DNA of 32,000 nucleotides from Promethearchaeum syntrophicum. GTDB taxonomy: Archaea > Asgardarchaeota > Lokiarchaeia > Sigyniarchaeales > Promethearchaeaceae. The position numbers and the translations under genes were made by a program. Numbering within the stretch: position 1 is the first letter of the stretch; each line of letters opens with the position of its first letter. The DNA lies in NCBI RefSeq assembly GCF_008000775.2, contig NZ_CP042905.2, forward strand, positions 4,200,001 through 4,232,000, read 5' to 3'. The notes beneath the pieces were generated by a model. It was not told the DNA's origin. It did no database searches and saw only the letters and a program-made list of their open reading frames with translations. This document shows positions 23,233 to 31,650 of this stretch, one piece after another.

Positions 23233-25602
23233 TTAATTTTCCAAGTTTATATCATTTAATGATATTTTAAATAGTTTAGCTATATTTTGATTGATTTTAC
23301 TTATATTCTCCTTTCTATCTGAATTTTGTTTTGATTCTATTTCATTATCTTGATTGATTTGCTCGACATAATTACAGATTTCTCTATACAATTGATAACT
23401 TCGCGATTTTTTATTCAGAAAATCAATTTTAGGGATGGGAAGTGCTAAAATATTTGCTTGAATTAAATGAGGAAATGTTTTTTTGTTCGGATTGGCAAAA
23501 CTATGAAGATAATAATACTCAATTACTTTGGATGATATAATTCCGAATAAAAACTCGAGTGAATATTGCGATAATATTGTTGTATTATAGTCAAGTCCTA
23601 TATCCTCGTCAGATTTTGAAATTGAATTAAGAATTTTTGATGCTTGATTTGGATCCTTAATAAAAGCAGATAATCCGTACGATTTCTGAGTCTTGTTTGC
23701 TTCAACAATTTTTGCTGATTTAATATCAGGTTTTATATGGGGTAATAATCCAATATCTTGAGAATTATCATATTTAAGTGAGAACTGATATACGACTTGT
23801 ACTGTATAACGTTTTTTATAATCAAGGGCAGAAATAATCCCATTTCCAGTTTTTCTAATGAGAATTTTAGGGATATTGTATTTCTCTGGCGATTTATATT
23901 TAATTCCGTTGTAATTTAAATGGATTTTGAATCGATTTTGGAGATTAAAACGTTGGACATCTTCACCTACTAAAATCGGAACCCATCCTTTTTCATGTCC
24001 TTTTTCAAATGAATCTAATGGTAAGATAATTCTATCATAGTTAGATATTTGAGACTTTTCAATATATTTTTTGCAATAAGGACAATTTGTCATTAATAAT
24101 GATGGATTTTGAGGATTTTTTTTAAAATGTGGGATAGGATTCCATTTCTTACAAGCGGGACATTGATATATTTCGCCATTTTTCCCTATTTCTACTCCAC
24201 GACTGTTGTTAACAAAATCTCCAAACACATAGTGTTCTGTTGATTCAATTTTTTTAAGTATTTCAGCATTTGAATGCCGTGTAAAAATAATGAAATTATA
24301 AAATGGGTGATCTAAGAAACTTTTTTGTGGAATAGTATGAATTTTCCATAAATCCATATGAAACATTTCCAATTTTTTCCGATTCACATAGTATTCTTCA
24401 TTTAACAATAATATTTTAACTAAATGCTTTTTGGAAGGAGATTTTTTTTGAAGGAAAAGAATACATGAAGGAATTTTTACATTTGGAAAAATTTTTTCAC
24501 CTAAATAATTTATCTGAAGAATAGAAGTATTTTTAATAAGATAATATCTAAGTGGAGCGTATACAGGATTAAATAAAATTGTACTTGGGACTATTAAAGC
24601 AATAATTCCTTCAATTTGAATAATTTCTAAATTTTTGATTATAAAAAGGGCGTAAATATCAATTTGATCTTTAATTTTATATGGACGATTATAGGGAGAT
24701 TTCGGGCTTAAACCTCCGGTATAAGTTTTTGAGTCATGAGAGGACTGTAGAAGTACTTTGAATTTAGTTTGCATTAATTTTTGATAAGGTTTGACATCGG
24801 TACCCCAAGGAGGATTCCCAATAAGAATATCAAAAGGAGATTCAGGGAAAAAATGTTTCAAACTATCTCTTTTTTTAAAGCTTGGATTTACTCTTTGATT
24901 CATTGAAAAAATAGAAAAATTAATTTCAGCAATTTCCAGGGCTAAGGGATCCGAGTCAAATGCAAAAATTTCTGAGTTAGAAAAATATTCAGGTATAAAT
25001 TGAATAAAATTTCCGGCACCACATGCGATATCAGCTATCTTGATATGTATTTCTTGTTCTTCTTCAATTTCTTCTTTCATTTTCTCTTTATTTATTGTTT
25101 CTATTTGATGATATTTTAACCAATAGGACTTTGAGGTTGAAATAATCTCTTTAACAAGCCAGCTTGGAGTAAAAAAAGTCCCTTTTCGATGTTTAATTCG
25201 ATTTTTTCTATAAGATATGGAATTAGCAGAAGGTAAATGTAGTATTTCATAAAAATTTGGTAGAAATAAAGAATCATGGATAAAAGGATAGATTGATTCA
25301 AGCATAAATCCAAAATTTGCTATTGTTAGGTAATTCTCTGAGATCGATTTTGAAATTAATGGAAAATCTTTTGGGGTGATGTTCAATTTTTGAATTGAAG
25401 AAATAAAGATTTGTGAGAGTTTTGATCCATCAATTGATGTATTTTCATCTTCAACGTTCAATTTAATAAAAAATTCTTCTTTTGAGAACTTTTGGAGGCA
25501 AATAAAGATTTTTAACCCTAAACGAAAAATATCACGCTTTTGATCTTCATTCAAATTATTACCATAGAATTTGATGAATTTCTTTATGAAATCTTTACTC
25601 AC
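23233..25602 (-). CDS. gamma-class N6-adenine DNA methyltransferase, Eco57I-family with TaqI-like C-terminal domain carrying a zinc-ribbon insertion
   Basis: GTG start at 25602; there is no in-frame ATG before residue about 100. Motif X GTFFTPSWLV, motif I IADIACGAGNFI, and motif IV ILIGNPPWG (NPPW at 24805-24816, complement). The Zn ribbon is CPACKKW..x19..CPYCKKY. The TaqI_C-like segment is VPILVGEDVQRFNL...PKILIRKTGNGIISALDYKKRY. Confidence 0.85.
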   Translation of the reverse strand: MSKDFIKKFIKFYGNNLNEDQKRDIFRLGLKIFICLQKFSKEEFFIKLNVEDENTSIDGSKLSQIFISSIQKLNITPKDFPLISKSISENYLTIANFGFMLESIYPFIHDSLFLPNFYEILHLPSANSISYRKNRIKHRKGTFFTPSWLVKEIISTSKSYWLKYHQIETINKEKMKEEIEEEQEIHIKIADIACGAGNFIQFIPEYFSNSEIFAFDSDPLALEIAEINFSIFSMNQRVNPSFKKRDSLKHFFPESPFDILIGNPPWGTDVKPYQKLMQTKFKVLLQSSHDSKTYTGGLSPKSPYNRPYKIKDQIDIYALFIIKNLEIIQIEGIIALIVPSTILFNPVYAPLRYYLIKNTSILQINYLGEKIFPNVKIPSCILFLQKKSPSKKHLVKILLLNEEYYVNRKKLEMFHMDLWKIHTIPQKSFLDHPFYNFIIFTRHSNAEILKKIESTEHYVFGDFVNNSRGVEIGKNGEIYQCPACKKWNPIPHFKKNPQNPSLLMTNCPYCKKYIEKSQISNYDRIILPLDSFEKGHEKGWVPILVGEDVQRFNLQNRFKIHLNYNGIKYKSPEKYNIPKILIRKTGNGIISALDYKKRYTVQVVYQFSLKYDNSQDIGLLPHIKPDIKSAKIVEANKTQKSYGLSAFIKDPNQASKILNSISKSDEDIGLDYNTTILSQYSLEFLFGIISSKVIEYYYLHSFANPNKKTFPHLIQANILALPIPKIDFLNKKSRSYQLYREICNYVEQINQDNEIESKQNSDRKENISKINQNIAKLFKISLNDINLEN

Positions 25603-25635
25603 ATTTAAATTCTCGAAGATTTTAAATATAAATTA
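25603..25635. promoter_or_regulatory. 33-bp head-to-head intergenic region with two oppositely placed TATA-like boxes
   Basis: The sequence is atttaaattctcgaagattttaaatataaatta. tttaaa (25604-25609) is about 27-32 nt upstream of ATG 25636. On the other strand tttatatttaaaa (25620-25632) is about 18-30 nt upstream of GTG 25602. The spacing fits leaderless archaeal promoters firing in both directions. Confidence 0.4.
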
Positions 25636-28203
25636 ATGCAATACGGGGTTAATTTTTTTCAGAAATTAGTAGAAATTTGTAATGAATTAAGGACTGAATT
25701 GATTAAAATCCCCAAGGAACTGTTACAAGTAAAGATATTAGAAATTATCCCATTTCAAGACACAAAAGGACTGGAATGCGATGAATTTATAGAAATTTGC
25801 TGTCAAAATGTATGTTTATTAACAGTTTACAAAAAAATTTTTCCAGATTTAAATTTATCTGTCTCTAAAAGATTTTTAGAGCAATTTTGGAGCAAATTAT
25901 TTGCCAATAAAGAAAAAAAAGTTAATTTTTTTATCAAAAAATTAAATGTATTGCCGATTGAGAAAGTAAAAATCGATTTAACTCGATATGATTCAATATC
26001 CCAATTTATTCAAACTGTATATACTCAATTTATTAAAGAATATAACCCAAATCTTCAAAAAAAGCGAGGAATCACCTATACACCCCGTTTTATTATCCGA
26101 ACTATGATAGAATCGATTGATTCTATATTACAAAGTAATTTTAATGACTCTCTAGGAATTGCATCTAAAGATCTTATTTTATATGATCCTGCAACGGGTT
26201 CGTTATCATTTGAGATTGGGTTGATTTCATATGTATATGATCAAATTCGAACCAAAAATAAAGAAAAAGATATTAAATTTGAAGATTGGGTCTTTCAAAG
26301 TTTTAACAATTCATTCTTAGGTAATGAACTAAATCCACCGGCATATTTTCTTGGAAAATTCTTACTTTTTGACATTTTACACCAATTAAATAATTTATCT
26401 CAAAATTTGGGTAAAAATTTCAATGTATTTTTTAAATCTGCTCTTTCTCCAGACATATTAGAAGAATTTAAACATAAAAACCAAAAAACAAACAAACCAT
26501 TAGTTATTTTCGGTAATCCTCCCTATTCAGTTTCTAGTTCTAACAGAAATTCATGGATATATAAATTAATGAAAGAATATTCTGTTAAAGAACCTAATTT
26601 AACGCGCTTATATGATGACTACGTTAAGTTTTTGCGGTTAGGTCAATGGTTATTGGATCAGCAAAAAAGTGGGATACTGGCATTTATAACAAACAGGAAA
26701 TACTTAGATGGAAAAATTTTCTATGGAATGCGGCAATCAATGCTAAAATCGTTTGATACAATTCATATCATTGATCTTTTTGGAGATATACGGAATATAA
26801 AGGATTATGGCACGAAAACAAATACAAATATCTTTAATATTCAAACTGGAGTTTGTATTGGATTCTTTATTAAAAATATTGAGAAAAATGAAAGAGAGAT
26901 AAACAAAATAGCGCGAATTTTCTATATGGGGGTTAAAGGTTCAATTGACCAAATAAAAACACAATTGGTTAAACCATTTGAACAGCTTCCATTCATAGAA
27001 TTATCTCCGCATTCTCCAAAATTCTATTTTGTGCCAATCGAATTAGAAAATGATTTGACTGAAATTTGGAATAACCAATGCATTCCAATCACCGATTGTT
27101 TTCAAAAAACAAGCCGGGCAATGATAAGTTCGCGTGATAGATTTATGATTAATGTGGATAAAAAGCCGTTAGAGGAGAATATTGCTTTATTAAAAAACAA
27201 GGAATTTGCCACGTTAAGATTTAATGAAAGAATTGGGCAGAAATTTGATGAAATCTTGGAAAATGAAGATATTTTAGCATCTTTTAATTTTAATGAAATG
27301 GAATCTTCGATAATCCAGATAAATTATAGACCATTTGATATACGTCATGGGATATTTTATACAATTAATCGAAAATGTGGAAAATCCATTATATTGGATT
27401 ATTTAAATAAACCAAACCCAAATTTTAATTCACAAGATGTAATAAATAAGAATAATATTAGTTATAATAATTCTGGTTATGCATTTAATTTCGTTCAATC
27501 AATCCAACATCCCCCATTCAACCATTTTTTGTTCACTAAAGGAGTTGTCGATTCAGGATTATTTGGTTATTCAACTTCCAAAGTCGCACCCTTGTGGATT
27601 GATGGAAAATCAAATATTACTCCAAAATTTACTGACATTATTAAAGATATCATTCCTCAAACCGATCCTATTCAAATTTCTGGATATATCTATGCTATTT
27701 TAAACTGTGACCAATTTACAAAGATATTTGAACCTATTTTAATCCATGAATTCCCAAGAATATTAATCCCTTATAACTCAATATTTTTTGAAAGAATGTC
27801 TGTTTTGGGAAAAAAATTAATGCATCTTCATGTATTTGAATTCGATTCTATACAATGGGAGAAATACCGAATTTTCTATGAACAAATATCTTTCCTCCCA
27901 AAATCATTTCAATTGAAATCATGGAAATTTGAACCTGATAGGGATGAATTACATATAATTTCTGTAAAAAAAAAAGACTCATTGAAATTCCCTTGTTCTA
28001 ACCTAGAATGGAATTATAAAATTGGAAGCATAAAATTATTGGATCATTGGTTGAAAGCTCGAAAATTTAAGAAATTAGGAAGATCATTAAAACCAGATGA
28101 GTTGAGTAGATTGATAACTCTATTATTTGTGATTAAAGAATCTCTGCACATTAAAAAACAAATTGCTCAATTTTTCTCTAAAAATTGGAAGCATTTTAAT
28201 TGA
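25636..28203 (+). CDS. gamma-class N6-adenine DNA methyltransferase of the type ISP-like MTase+TRD architecture (no nuclease or helicase domains)
   Basis: Motif X RGITYTPRFII, motif I LYDPATGSLSF (second Gly replaced by Leu), and motif IV VIFGNPPYSVSS (NPPY at 26515-26526). It continues LYDDYVKFLRLGQW...GILAFITNRKYLDG..FYGMRQSML..FDTIHIIDLFGD, then YRPFDIRHGIFY and near the C-terminus IGSIKLLDHWLKARKF..LGRSLKPDEL. As I recall them, these strings are typical of the MTase and C-terminal specificity domains of LlaGI-type (type ISP) enzymes. Confidence 0.8.
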   Translation: MQYGVNFFQKLVEICNELRTELIKIPKELLQVKILEIIPFQDTKGLECDEFIEICCQNVCLLTVYKKIFPDLNLSVSKRFLEQFWSKLFANKEKKVNFFIKKLNVLPIEKVKIDLTRYDSISQFIQTVYTQFIKEYNPNLQKKRGITYTPRFIIRTMIESIDSILQSNFNDSLGIASKDLILYDPATGSLSFEIGLISYVYDQIRTKNKEKDIKFEDWVFQSFNNSFLGNELNPPAYFLGKFLLFDILHQLNNLSQNLGKNFNVFFKSALSPDILEEFKHKNQKTNKPLVIFGNPPYSVSSSNRNSWIYKLMKEYSVKEPNLTRLYDDYVKFLRLGQWLLDQQKSGILAFITNRKYLDGKIFYGMRQSMLKSFDTIHIIDLFGDIRNIKDYGTKTNTNIFNIQTGVCIGFFIKNIEKNEREINKIARIFYMGVKGSIDQIKTQLVKPFEQLPFIELSPHSPKFYFVPIELENDLTEIWNNQCIPITDCFQKTSRAMISSRDRFMINVDKKPLEENIALLKNKEFATLRFNERIGQKFDEILENEDILASFNFNEMESSIIQINYRPFDIRHGIFYTINRKCGKSIILDYLNKPNPNFNSQDVINKNNISYNNSGYAFNFVQSIQHPPFNHFLFTKGVVDSGLFGYSTSKVAPLWIDGKSNITPKFTDIIKDIIPQTDPIQISGYIYAILNCDQFTKIFEPILIHEFPRILIPYNSIFFERMSVLGKKLMHLHVFEFDSIQWEKYRIFYEQISFLPKSFQLKSWKFEPDRDELHIISVKKKDSLKFPCSNLEWNYKIGSIKLLDHWLKARKFKKLGRSLKPDELSRLITLLFVIKESLHIKKQIAQFFSKNWKHFN

Positions 28204-28235
28204 ATTTGATTTAAATCTATTTGGAGTGATTTAAA

Positions 28236-28586
28236 ATGGAAGAAAATATATCTTTTTGCGGCATTAATTGCTTCTCATGCCCCGCTTATATTGCTAAAAG
28301 CACAAATAATAACGATCTGAGAATTAAAACAGCAAAAAAATGGTCTAGTATCGGTTTTGAAATAACCCCTGAACAAGTTAATTGTGATGGATGTAAAAAT
28401 ACTGATGGAATACTTCTTCTACATTGTAATGACTGTAAAGTTCGTAATTGTGCAATGCCTAAAGATATAATGACTTGTGCACAATGCCCGGACTATTCTT
28501 GTGAAAAACTCGAGAATTTATGGAAAGAAATTCAGACTACTGAAGGAAAGACAAATCTTGATAAGATAAAACAATCCTTTAATTAA
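28236..28586 (+). CDS. DUF3795-family Cys-rich protein
   Basis: FCGINCFSCPAYIA..NNDLRIKTAKKW... followed by CDGCK...HCNDCKVRNCA...CAQCPDYSCEKL is the characteristic DUF3795 Cys pattern. Confidence 0.7.
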   Translation: MEENISFCGINCFSCPAYIAKSTNNNDLRIKTAKKWSSIGFEITPEQVNCDGCKNTDGILLLHCNDCKVRNCAMPKDIMTCAQCPDYSCEKLENLWKEIQTTEGKTNLDKIKQSFN

Positions 28587-29659
28587 GATACACTTTGAAA
28601 TTCTAATCCTAAATCCTCAGCATAACTAAAAACTTCTTGCATTTCTGCTATGGTGACTCTTCTATTGATTTCAGGATAGTGTTCTTGCGAAACAAGATAT
28701 GCAGGATGATATTGCCTCATAATATTCACTATAACTTCAGGAACATTCTCTGAAATCCATTTCAAGATAGGTTTTGAACAGCATTCTAGATGTCCCGGCA
28801 TAACTAAATGGCGAATAATTATATTTCTTGAACCATGTTCGTAAATGTAAGTAAAATTCCTTCTTAATACATCCCAATATGATTTAATTTTTGAATATTT
28901 CTCAGCGCATTCATTATTCCCGTATTTGAAATCGGGCAACCATAGATCAATCAAATCAGATAATAATTCAAGAGCAAGGAGAGAATTGTAGAAATTTGAA
29001 TTCCATAATTGGCAGACATTAGCCGTTTGAAATTTTAAAGATGAAATAATTGTATGCAAATTGGGAGTGGGGTCTCCGCCAACATAATTAATATTTTTAG
29101 CACCTCTATTATAGATGGTTGTAGCAAGATCGGCTAAATCTTTAGGGGTGACTTTTCGACCAGCTTTTTGTATTGGATAATTCTTTCCCGCTGTTGAAAT
29201 ATCTTCATTTTGGCAGAAAACACATTCAAATGAACATCCGCTAAAAAAAATCGTTCCTGAAGGAATTAAAGGTGGTTCTTCACCCATATGTAAAAAAGTT
29301 GATGAAATATAACTCTCATCGTATACTCCACAGAATCCATGTTGATTTGCTGTTCGATCGACATTGCATAAATTTTCACAAAATTCACACGATTTTAGTA
29401 ATCTTTGTGCTAGTTCAATTTTTAAATCCAAAAAGGAATTTCCTTCACATTTTTCAAAAATCGTTGGTGGAATAAGCATTTTGTTTTCTTCAAATTTTTG
29501 CTTCAATCTGGAATGAATGTCCCATAATTCATTGACATCTTGACTATGATTAAAAGCAGCAGGAATAGCTTTACATCGAAGATAATATGCTAATGTGGAG
29601 TTATGGAGTAATTGATAATAATGATTTAAACGGTTTTTCAATATTTGATTTGAAAACAT
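28583..29659 (-). CDS. radical SAM enzyme, PflX-like (homolog of pyruvate formate-lyase activating enzymes)
   Basis: The CxxxCxxC cluster is in FFSGCSFECVFCQNEDIS (29213-29236, complement). An additional upstream Cys cluster is CEFCENLC..x12..C. NINYVGGDPTP is also present. Confidence 0.8.
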   Translation of the reverse strand: MFSNQILKNRLNHYYQLLHNSTLAYYLRCKAIPAAFNHSQDVNELWDIHSRLKQKFEENKMLIPPTIFEKCEGNSFLDLKIELAQRLLKSCEFCENLCNVDRTANQHGFCGVYDESYISSTFLHMGEEPPLIPSGTIFFSGCSFECVFCQNEDISTAGKNYPIQKAGRKVTPKDLADLATTIYNRGAKNINYVGGDPTPNLHTIISSLKFQTANVCQLWNSNFYNSLLALELLSDLIDLWLPDFKYGNNECAEKYSKIKSYWDVLRRNFTYIYEHGSRNIIIRHLVMPGHLECCSKPILKWISENVPEVIVNIMRQYHPAYLVSQEHYPEINRRVTIAEMQEVFSYAEDLGLEFQSVS

Positions 29660-30573
29660 ATCTAGCTTCCTCCCTTTTACATCAAGATTTTTTTAGGATG
29701 TGATAACAAAAATCGGTCTACGTTAACTATATATAGAAAAAATGGGTATATATCTTAGCAGTTGGTAAAAAAATGCGAATCGAATACAACAAGCATGACT
29801 TGATATTTATGCTCCACTGTGCATCACGCACAACTATGGGGAATTTTAAAAATATTCTTCCCATAGCAATTAAGTGGTATTAAGTTGGATTGAATCGCAC
29901 TGAAAAAACCAATTTTATCCTAATTTTCTGTGATTTGCTCTTTGATTTTCTAGGAGCGATTCAAACCCACCATACCTTTAATTGCACACAGAGGAGTCTA
30001 AATTGAAAAAAAAATTCAAATCAATATTTGAAAACACTGGATTTTTTATAGTATTGTAGTAGCGAACGCTCTCTAATTTAATAATCAGTTTTAGAAATTA
30101 ACCGATTTTTGAATTTATAAGAAAACGACTACGTAAACTTTAAATACTAATATTTCCATGAATATTATAAGAGCTAAAAAATGATATTTTAGTTCACAAC
30201 TAACCTGCGAAAATAAAATTAAACTATGTTTAGATGAGTAGAATGATATCAAATCGAAATCTTATTAACCGTTTATTCGGAAAAAATATCGGTATGCATA
30301 CTTTATTGCCAATAACTTATTGGACAGTAAATGACGCAATGATTAAATGCCGATTTTTTAAGATTTAATTAAGATTTCGGTAAAAATATCATGAAATCGC
30401 TAAACCTGAAACAAATCCAAAACCAGTTTTAATAAATAACTGGGTATGGGTGCAGGGCTTCTTTTCCTCTGAAATTTTTACCGAGATTTTTCAAGATTAA
30501 ATTATTCAAATTGATCTAACAAATTTAAAAGAAAATCCAAAGGTTAAACCCATAATACAAAAAATCAACATAT

Positions 30574-30597
30574 GTGATGAGAAATCATCACCGGAGG
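30574..30597 (+). promoter_or_regulatory. perfect 7-bp hairpin with GAAA tetraloop abutting a GGAGG Shine-Dalgarno sequence
   Basis: gtgatga(30574-30580) gaaa tcatcac(30585-30591), then c GGAGG (30593-30597), then 9 nt, then ATGATG (30607). Confidence 0.4.
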
Positions 30598-30606
30598 AAA
30601 ATAATA

Positions 30607-31023
30607 ATGATGTTATTCAAGGTGCAGAAATCCATCTCATTTATCCCATTTGATTATCCCGATCCATTGATGAGTGAAATATTTAAATATAAATATAAAA
30701 GTCAAGCGAACCACTGGGTTAATTCAAAAAAATCAGGGAATAGATTAGAATACCTAAATAAATTGGGTTATAAGATTCCTGTGCTGGAAAATAATGAAAA
30801 AAACATCAGATCATATATGACCTTTAATCGCAAATGGGATAAACCGCGATCGGTGCGGTTTCCTAGCCCAGACGATTATGATGAATTAAATCCTCATCTT
30901 AGTTCATTAAGTCAGATTCTAAAGCGTATAAATCTGGGAAGAAAGTATTCAGAACCAGGCCAAGGTCGTATAAGTATTAACTACAAAAAAATCAGGAGGG
31001 GATTACAGAAAGTAGCTAAATAG
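30607..31023 (+). CDS. hypothetical basic protein, unknown function
   Basis: The track ORF starts at GTG 30574. The ATG at 30607 is preceded by GGAGG at optimal spacing, so I prefer it (138 aa). No motif was recognised. Confidence 0.5.
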   Translation: MMLFKVQKSISFIPFDYPDPLMSEIFKYKYKSQANHWVNSKKSGNRLEYLNKLGYKIPVLENNEKNIRSYMTFNRKWDKPRSVRFPSPDDYDELNPHLSSLSQILKRINLGRKYSEPGQGRISINYKKIRRGLQKVAK

Positions 31024-31170
31024 CAAAAAAATTAGTAGAAAAAGTCATATTTCCTTAATTTCAGAATCGAAACTAAAAAAATGGAGGTGTTTGTTAGAAA
31101 GATAAGAAAATAGAAGAAATAGAAAATATTAAAAAAAAATAACATAAAAAACTGGACCTATATTAACATT

Positions 31171-31200
31171 TGAAATGCAATTTCGCATTTCATTTTTTTT
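31171..31200 (+). terminator. perfect 8-bp hairpin plus T8
   Basis: tgaaatgc aatttc gcatttca (31171-31192) is followed by tttttttt (31193-31200). It lies about 150 nt downstream of stop 31023, between convergent genes. Confidence 0.55.
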
Positions 31201-31211
31201 ATCCTTTTACA

Positions 31212-31649
31212 TTATTTCTGAGGTTCAAATCCGAGATCCCATCGATAAATAGGATTCCCTTCTTTATCTTCTCCAGTTTGAGTTTTTAGATAGGTAACTT
31301 GAACAGGCATATCAAAGGTAACTTCCTTGGGTTTGTCTTCTTCTACACCAATTAATTGGCCTGAAACAGAACAACCTTCATCCATTTGACAAACGGCAAA
31401 TATATAGGGTTTTTTACGGTTATATCCTTTCTGAGTCATCGCTTTTGCCCCTACATAAATCGAAGAGAAAGTTTTCAATATTCCTTTTCCTGAAAGTTCA
31501 ATCCATTCAGATTCTGATATACATTTTGAGCATAATCGACGAGGTGGTAAATCTATATTTCCACATTTAGGGCATTTTGAACCCATTAACTTCTTTTCAC
31601 GTAAGAAATTAAAATATTTATCCACAGTAACCATATTTTCTTCACTCAT
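31212..31649 (-). CDS. DUF35-family Zn-ribbon/OB-fold protein (partner of the archaeal thiolase/HMG-CoA synthase complex)
   Basis: The rubredoxin-like CPKCGN..x8..CSKC is followed by an OB-fold-like segment (GKGILKTFSSIYV...). The start is placed at MSEENMV (ATG 31649), preceded by AAGGAG and lying 1 nt after the thiolase stop. The track start is at 31682. Confidence 0.8.
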   Translation of the reverse strand: MSEENMVTVDKYFNFLREKKLMGSKCPKCGNIDLPPRRLCSKCISESEWIELSGKGILKTFSSIYVGAKAMTQKGYNRKKPYIFAVCQMDEGCSVSGQLIGVEEDKPKEVTFDMPVQVTYLKTQTGEDKEGNPIYRWDLGFEPQK

Positions 31650-31650
31650 T

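Noticed and set aside
25116-25313. 65-aa minus-strand ORF in an alternative frame of the MTase gene 23233..25602
   Set aside because: It lies in an out-of-frame overlap within a well-supported CDS.
27479-27703. 74-aa plus-strand ORF in an alternative frame of the MTase gene 25636..28203
   Set aside because: It lies in an out-of-frame overlap within a well-supported CDS.
29272-29475. 67-aa plus-strand ORF inside the radical SAM gene
   Set aside because: It is antisense to a CDS carrying the CxxxCxxC motif, so it is a shadow ORF.
29773-30367. Two micro-ORFs (36 codons from 29773; 44 codons from 30233) as real genes
   Set aside because: They have no recognisable RBS or TATA spacing and no motifs, and their length is within chance expectation. 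They are mentioned only as candidates within the ORF-free region finding.
30574-30650. GUGAUGA at 30574 as the C box of a C/D-box sRNA
   Set aside because: There is no CUGA D box at the expected 50-70 nt distance and no C'/D' boxes. The heptamer is instead half of a perfect hairpin next to an SD sequence.
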